DNA of 64,000 nt from a virus, in IMG/VR virus record IMGVR_UViG_3300036985_004624. One strand, 5' to 3'. Positions 58,756 through 64,000 of the stretch are shown here, one piece after another. The first letter of the stretch is position 1, and each line of letters begins with the position of its first letter. Under the pieces are notes generated by a model. The model was not told the DNA's origin. It was given only the letters and a program-made list of their open reading frames with translations, and searched no databases. Made by a program: the position numbers and the translations under genes.

Positions 58756-59806
58756 ATTTTCGTTGTCTCTCGTTTTGTTCTAATTCCCATGCCACTTTAA
58801 TCTTGACTTTACCGGATACTGCTGAAGAAATTATGGAATGAGTCGTCAATAATCTTCCATATCTTACTGCTGCGGCTGCGGCATCTTTTATGTCTACTTC
58901 CCACTTCGGGAAGGATACTGCCCAATTATTTTCGATAGCGGCATCGACTAGATCGCCACCCTTCTTATCTCTATCAGGACATACAATAATATTCTTCTGT
59001 AATCTGTTAATTATATCAACTTTAGATTGTCCTATTTCGCCTAATATACTTATGCCATCTGTTACCCAGGCATCCAGTACACCCTCAGTGGCTATAGTGT
59101 ATTTACGTGACCACCCTTGCTGATGATCCAAGTTATAGACAAAGTCTGTCGGCGACTGCTGAAAGTATTTAGGTATCGATTTGTCTGGAACATCGTAACA
59201 TAGCCTACCTGTATATCCTACTATGTTATCCTTATAGAAATAGGGTATAATAAGTCGTTGATGCATATTATGCATCTTAGAAGGTGACCAATAAAAATTC
59301 TGTAAATCAAATATCTTTCTATCTATCGCATAATTGACTACTCTTAAGAAATTTCTGTCTGTTAATCCATTTTCTAACCAAGTCGAAACGGAACAAGCAT
59401 CCTCGGGTAACTCCATGGGCTTCCATTTCTGAAATAATGCTTTAAATTTACTCTCGGGATCTTCTACTACTGCACCTTCTCTAACGGACTGGATTTGATT
59501 CTTTTGTTTGAATATTTCAAACTCCATTTGCTCGATAAATTTTTCATCTATGTGTAGTTGATTCAAGAAAAACTTAAAAGACTTGGATAACTCCTTACCT
59601 TCTGTATATCCCGAAGAGAATCCACAGTTAAAGCAATTCATCGCAATAGAATTAGGATTAAATTGTATTCCGAAACGGAAGCGAGTATCTCTACCGTGGC
59701 CCTGTGTGTGACAGAGTGGACAATTGCGCTTATTCCAGCCCTTAGGTGCTTGCTTGAGCGGGCCTATATTCGAAAGTATTGCGTCTTTTAAGACATCTAT
59801 AATCAT
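58745..59806 (-). CDS. dnaG: DNA primase (gp61/DnaG-like)
   Basis: CPLC...CFNC zinc domain, RLIIP, GYTGR, TEG..DA, PDRD, KDA; adjacent to the helicase. Confidence 0.88.
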   Translation of the reverse strand: MIIDVLKDAILSNIGPLKQAPKGWNKRNCPLCHTQGHGRDTRFRFGIQFNPNSIAMNCFNCGFSSGYTEGKELSKSFKFFLNQLHIDEKFIEQMEFEIFKQKNQIQSVREGAVVEDPESKFKALFQKWKPMELPEDACSVSTWLENGLTDRNFLRVVNYAIDRKIFDLQNFYWSPSKMHNMHQRLIIPYFYKDNIVGYTGRLCYDVPDKSIPKYFQQSPTDFVYNLDHQQGWSRKYTIATEGVLDAWVTDGISILGEIGQSKVDIINRLQKNIIVCPDRDKKGGDLVDAAIENNWAVSFPKWEVDIKDAAAAAVRYGRLLTTHSIISSAVSGKVKIKVAWELEQNERQRKYER

Positions 59807-59812
59807 TCAGTA

Positions 59813-59841
59813 AGTATAACAGATAACCTAACGAAAGTCAA
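59813..59841 (-). promoter_or_regulatory. sigma70-type promoter TTGACT-17-TATACT for primase-helicase
   Basis: Near-consensus with TG extension; 6 nt separate the -10 box from the ATG. Confidence 0.7.
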
Positions 59842-59854
59842 TTAGGTTATGTAG

Positions 59855-60733
59855 TTATGTTCTTACAATCAGCTTCTTAAAGATACCCGGATCTAATACT
59901 TGTGTGCTTGGAAAGTATCTAAACTTCAGAAATAGTACGTTAGCCTGAAATGTCCAGGCCTGCGTTCCTGTATATTGCATATATTCTATATCGACCGACA
60001 TAGTTGACGGATAAATCTTGAACCATCTTGTATCTTGCAGGTATGGATCGGGCGTTTCTTCTAGTGTTCCCCATATTTCGAGAATACCTGTGAAGTTTTC
60101 CGTATAGGTCGAGAATGATTGAACAGAGTCTTTATGATTTAATACTCTTCCACCCGGTATTCTGCTACTATAGAAACAAGGGCGCGGCGCACCACCCCCA
60201 TTTACTGAAACCAATATATCGGGTGTCCAATCTTCAGGATTTAATGTTATGCCTGGTTGTGGCGACTTAAATGCCTGATTTGTAATTTCTATCTGCATAG
60301 AAATGTTATCGTACATATCGCTATACAAAGGTTTCTCTACGTAATATCCGGGAAAATTTTCCACAAAATTTTCCGTCCTTATCAGAACCATGTTATATAT
60401 TGCAGGTGCCACATCGGATATGTCGCCGCTATCCAATTCTAACGTGATTAATCCTTTTGCCGGACCTAATCGGCATAATTTTTCTAACACAATTGTATTA
60501 TTATCAGTGTTAATTATTCTTGCATATACTTGCTGATTACAGGAAACATCGGCAGGTATTCTGTCGGGACCTAATGCTCTAAAGATAATTTTATTGTCTA
60601 TTCCTCTATGTGCTAAAATTGTATTCTTGTTCATCGGGCCTGTATCCTTGAGTGGGCAGAACACATCATTAACAACCAATAGTTGTCTAACGTGATCGTA
60701 CAAATATACTTTATTGAATGTTATGTCTGTCAT
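59855..60733 (-). CDS. Putative virion structural protein
   Basis: Beta-rich; FTG.LEI.GTL motif; GATAAATA upstream. Confidence 0.6.
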   Translation of the reverse strand: MTDITFNKVYLYDHVRQLLVVNDVFCPLKDTGPMNKNTILAHRGIDNKIIFRALGPDRIPADVSCNQQVYARIINTDNNTIVLEKLCRLGPAKGLITLELDSGDISDVAPAIYNMVLIRTENFVENFPGYYVEKPLYSDMYDNISMQIEITNQAFKSPQPGITLNPEDWTPDILVSVNGGGAPRPCFYSSRIPGGRVLNHKDSVQSFSTYTENFTGILEIWGTLEETPDPYLQDTRWFKIYPSTMSVDIEYMQYTGTQAWTFQANVLFLKFRYFPSTQVLDPGIFKKLIVRT

Positions 60734-60739
60734 ATTATA

Positions 60740-60795
60740 TATTTATCAGTAAGAACATCGAAAAAAGTTTCAGCTGATTCTAAAACGTATAAATA
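60740..60795. promoter_or_regulatory. Back-to-back T4-like late promoter motifs (GATAAATA on minus, TATAAATA on plus)
   Basis: TAAATA recurs in intergenic DNA ahead of many genes, e.g. near 17650, 18253, 19480, 25884, 28620, 31198, 33078, 35379, 41206, 52355, 54207, 54945, 57304. Confidence 0.7.
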
Positions 60796-60801
60796 ACTGG
60801 T

Positions 60802-61173
60802 ATGACAAATATTCTAGAGATAAAAGATAAATTTCCGTTCTTAAGTGGACTAAAATCGCCTACCTATGAATATATAGGTATTATTCAAAACTCCGATGAC
60901 AGAATAATAAGCTTCTACGATTATGAAGCCATACATACTCCGCAAGAAAAGATACTTTTCTTAGAGTTAGGTGAAATATGGTGGTGGGAAAGTAATAGGT
61001 TGCTACCTATTAATATATTCTTACAAGGCCAGATGAACCCGTTTCGTTATTGTATGAAGACTGTAGTTAATAAAGACATAGAAGTTATGTTTGGCACATT
61101 GACTAGTCTAAATAATATAATGAAGAAACGCATTAAGAAGCGTCAGATACAGTTAATCAGAAATACTGATTAA
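60802..61173 (+). CDS. Hypothetical phage protein
   Basis: FPFLS...YIGIIQN, WWWESNR..PINIFL. Confidence 0.75.
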   Translation: MTNILEIKDKFPFLSGLKSPTYEYIGIIQNSDDRIISFYDYEAIHTPQEKILFLELGEIWWWESNRLLPINIFLQGQMNPFRYCMKTVVNKDIEVMFGTLTSLNNIMKKRIKKRQIQLIRNTD

Positions 61174-61760
61174 TCTTTCGATATTTTCTCAATCAATAAA
61201 TTTAAATTTACTATAATAGCTAACGCATAGCTAAGAGAGTGACAGCGTTTGAATTGATAGGTTTCGTCACCTTGTACCTTAACCCATACTTCTGCTTTAA
61301 TCTTATCCCAGGAACTATGCTGTAGATAAGCCTTAGCTGGTCTAATGATAGCAAGTATCATTGCTAAATCTTCTACGGACTTAGGTTTATATTTCTGTAA
61401 TAAGTCACTATGCCCTTTTAAATGGAATAACTGCTCAGTTATTTCTTCATATTCGAAGAAGTCCCAGGGCGGTTCTTTATCAATAAGTTCTAATAAGTGA
61501 TCTTCATCACGCACAGACTCATACATATTGACATTAAGAAAATCTACCTTAAAGTATCCGTACTCGTTTGCTACCCTGTGATCCACAGTCGACATATTTG
61601 TTGTCGGATCTCTCGGTATATTTTGGAAATATACACCGGTAGGATGCTTCTCTACCTTATTATCTGCACGACTGATAGAGCCGTATATACATTCTAAGCC
61701 ACGCAATATATCTTCGCGACCTATGCAATCTATATCTACGTCTGTCGAAACTTTTTTCAT
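61170..61760 (-). CDS. dnaE: DNA polymerase III alpha-like, catalytic fragment
   Basis: DVDID, HPTGVY, FKVDFL, LA..LAIIRP, YQFKRCHS.SYA; start MKKVS overlaps the upstream stop. Confidence 0.87.
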   Translation of the reverse strand: MKKVSTDVDIDCIGREDILRGLECIYGSISRADNKVEKHPTGVYFQNIPRDPTTNMSTVDHRVANEYGYFKVDFLNVNMYESVRDEDHLLELIDKEPPWDFFEYEEITEQLFHLKGHSDLLQKYKPKSVEDLAMILAIIRPAKAYLQHSSWDKIKAEVWVKVQGDETYQFKRCHSLSYALAIIVNLNLLIEKISKD

Positions 61761-62020
61761 TTTATCTCGGGAATATATGGGCAATAATACATAGCTGTTC
61801 TTATAGGTGTTTTACCTGTATACCATATCTTAGGTATAAAACATTTTTCAAATGTTAACTTAAATGCTACTAGATCCTCATCATTGGCAAACTCATATGT
61901 TTCTACCTTGTCTATACCTTCGTGATGTATTACTCGTCTTACATCAGATCCGGATCTTTGTATCCAGTCCAGAAATTCCTGCTGCGATAAATCCCAGTCA
62001 GCCATAATAATGCCACTCAT
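61757..62020 (-). CDS. Hypothetical protein
   Basis: Operon packing. Confidence 0.6.
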   Translation of the reverse strand: MSGIIMADWDLSQQEFLDWIQRSGSDVRRVIHHEGIDKVETYEFANDEDLVAFKLTFEKCFIPKIWYTGKTPIRTAMYYCPYIPEIK

Positions 62021-62688
62021 AACCTTGCCTGTTCTAATAATTCTCTGATATATTCGACATCATCGTCAGACTTTTTAAATTTCTTCATCCAGCCGCCTGG
62101 ATCAATTATATCGCCTATAATTTTCGAATGATCTTCGTTGAATCGAGATAACAAATCGTCACCTTTATTGGCAAGGTATAGTACCCACGGGCTAATTCTG
62201 CCAGTCTTTATAAGATAAGCCGCTTCGTTTGCAGGCACATCTCGGAAGAAATCTTCAAACTGCACATTATTCTTACTACTCCAATCCATTATTTCGATGA
62301 TTGTTCTCTCTGTAGCACTTACAGCAGGCTCTTTCTTTATAAGATCTATTACATACGTTTCATATACAAAATCTTTAGACCAGTCTTTCAGCTTTATACC
62401 ATTTAAGATAACAAAATCTATATATTTTTCAATATAGATAGGTTTTAATAATGCTAAATGGTTTCCAAACTTAGCAAAATCTATATAATATGGACTGTTG
62501 ATAAAATCTTCTACAGATTTTACCTTTTTGCATTGTGTTGTTAATTCGTAGAATCGTTGAAATGCTCTTAGACCAAAACGAGAACCTGCGGCCTCTATAT
62601 CCAAAAATCTTTGTTTTTTCACACAGACATGTGTCGACAACGTCTTCATATGAAGGAATGACTTGCCGCAATATTTACAGATATTCAT
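62017..62688 (-). CDS. Hypothetical protein with N-terminal C2HC zinc finger
   Basis: CKYCGKSF.....LSTHVC; GRISPWVL. Confidence 0.7.
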   Translation of the reverse strand: MNICKYCGKSFLHMKTLSTHVCVKKQRFLDIEAAGSRFGLRAFQRFYELTTQCKKVKSVEDFINSPYYIDFAKFGNHLALLKPIYIEKYIDFVILNGIKLKDWSKDFVYETYVIDLIKKEPAVSATERTIIEIMDWSSKNNVQFEDFFRDVPANEAAYLIKTGRISPWVLYLANKGDDLLSRFNEDHSKIIGDIIDPGGWMKKFKKSDDDVEYIRELLEQARL

Positions 62689-62689
62689 T

Positions 62690-63298
62690 TTACTTCGCTT
62701 TACTCTTAGTCTCGCCCTTAAACAATTCTTTTATAGTCTTATCGTCGTACCCGTGATCCTTAAAAAACGTCTTAAGGTCCAGTTGTGTATTCATGTGTAA
62801 CAGGAGTTCTATATCATCATCTTTCATTAACGGGAAGTGTGAAATAAGAGCTGCTATTAACGGACTTTTCTTTACACCCTTCGGTGCTCCGGGCCACTCG
62901 TGACGTTCTTTTCTACCTGTCCCTGTAATAGCAAGAAGCATCCATTCCAGTTCTTTATGTTTGCCTGTTTCTAAGGAATTTTCTGTTTTCTTAGAACTAA
63001 ACAAACTAGAGCGTTTATTCATTGTCTCATTTACAGTATATATCTGATCTGCATAGCAGCTAGATACCGAACTCATCCATCTTGTTAGTTGCCAAATAGA
63101 TATTTCTTTCTTTTGTACATCCGTTAAGGTCGAATAATAGTTCTTATTATTCCTGTCGAGCGCGGGCAATACATCCGCGAATAGGTCGTTCTTATATTCT
63201 TTTATTGTAACTTCTTCCTCTACTGGTGCAGCATCGGGATTTAATTCATGAAATCCTGACAACCAATCCCCTATTTCGTTACTCAAAGAGTGCTCCAA
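62690..63298 (-). CDS. Hypothetical protein, possibly clamp-loader gp62-like subunit
   Basis: Helical; W.L.RWMS motif; replication context. Family call is tentative. Confidence 0.45.
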   Translation of the reverse strand: MEHSLSNEIGDWLSGFHELNPDAAPVEEEVTIKEYKNDLFADVLPALDRNNKNYYSTLTDVQKKEISIWQLTRWMSSVSSCYADQIYTVNETMNKRSSLFSSKKTENSLETGKHKELEWMLLAITGTGRKERHEWPGAPKGVKKSPLIAALISHFPLMKDDDIELLLHMNTQLDLKTFFKDHGYDDKTIKELFKGETKSKAK

Positions 63299-63782
63299 TA
63301 TCTATAACATCCGGTAATTTACTTACTTCTTTAACAAATAATACACAGTTAGGAAATGGTTTATCTTCTACGGGTACAACAAGGATATTTCCGTTTTTTA
63401 ATTTAGGAAAGAACCATTTTAATTCTGCATACACATTTGTAATGACGACTTCCTGCGGTCTAGGCACCATATGACGCAAAGGATTAAATGCCATGGTATG
63501 AAAACCTCTGTCATTTAAGCTAGTTAATGGCATAATCTCTAAATCGCTATAATCCGAATCACACACAAGTATAGACCAATCTAAAGGCATTTGTACTGTA
63601 AATTTTCCTATATTAAGAACTACAGCAGGTGCATAGAAGCTTTCTAAAAAGATGAGTGGTATAAAAAAGTAATCAGGATTTTTAGGATCTGAATAATCTA
63701 ATACACAATATCTAATATCCTGATCCTCTGGCGGAATTCTGTCCAGATTGTATGCTACGTTATCGTTAGTTAGTATATTAAT
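63279..63782 (-). CDS. Hypothetical protein, probably starting at ATT
   Basis: Frame open from the stop at 63795-63797; AGGAG at 63789-63793, ATT 6 nt later; first in-frame ATG only at 63590. Confidence 0.65.
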   Translation of the reverse strand: MNILTNDNVAYNLDRIPPEDQDIRYCVLDYSDPKNPDYFFIPLIFLESFYAPAVVLNIGKFTVQMPLDWSILVCDSDYSDLEIMPLTSLNDRGFHTMAFNPLRHMVPRPQEVVITNVYAELKWFFPKLKNGNILVVPVEDKPFPNCVLFVKEVSKLPDVIDIGALFE

Positions 63783-63794
63783 TTTATTCTCCTG

Positions 63795-64000
63795 TTAATA
63801 CATTACTCGTGTCCAGCCCTTCTCGACTCCGAGAGACTTTTTATATTCTTCATAATCTTTATCTGTTGCAGACCTGATCGGCACCTTACCAAAATTAAAG
63901 GTATTTTCGCTGATTCCGCATCGTTTTAAATAGTCACACAACATATTTTCGACACTACAATGTTTTAAAGCTAAGAATGCTAGTGTATCTGCCGAATCTG
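63795..64000 (-). CDS. Partial CDS (3' end only)
   Basis: Open frame ...DSADTLAFLALKHC...WTRVMY*. Confidence 0.5.
   Translation of the reverse strand, partial: DSADTLAFLALKHCSVENMLCDYLKRCGISENTFNFGKVPIRSATDKDYEEYKKSLGVEKGWTRVMY

Noticed and set aside
9238-63474. Numerous 60-190 aa antisense ORFs opposite recognised genes
   Set aside because: Fully nested antisense to well-supported CDSs, with no recognisable motifs.
1-64000. Stop-codon reassignment as seen in some large phages
   Set aside because: Conserved enzymes are full length in the standard code; TAG, TGA and TAA all end genes at sensible boundaries.
1-64000. tRNA or rRNA genes
   Set aside because: Intergenic gaps are short and none showed a cloverleaf by eye; tRNAscan-SE would be needed to exclude them fully.

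Overview
The window is a 64 kb, AT-rich, gene-dense segment of a large (jumbo-type) dsDNA phage, mostly on the minus strand and in the standard genetic code. Gene content resembles RaK2/GAP32/XacN1-like jumbo myoviruses; this is a judgement from motifs, and no database search was run. Virion-related genes: a 5'-truncated >=1723-aa Ser-Gly-X repeat protein with three tandem paralogues behind it, plus many head/virion proteins. Replication: clamp loader, DnaB-like helicase, primase, exonucleases and a DnaE-like polymerase split into two genes 50 kb apart. Nucleotide and cofactor metabolism: dCMP deaminase, MazG, ThyX, class II RNR, FolE, QueD, NadV and NadM-Nudix. Host-like proteostasis, translation and iron genes: ClpP, ClpX, ClpS, Hsp20, GroES, ribosomal protein bS21, IscA, a SufD-like protein and FeoA. 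There are three free-standing endonucleases. Non-coding signals include sigma70-type promoters and a T4-like TAAATA late motif, several placed so that the mRNA would be leaderless. The main candidates for novelty are: a covarying two-hairpin leader shared by both NAD-salvage genes; an RlmN-like radical SAM enzyme lacking the resolving Cys, inserted between them; a ROSE-like thermometer before hsp20; and Clp components with altered specificity loops. No tRNA, rRNA or CRISPR array was seen.
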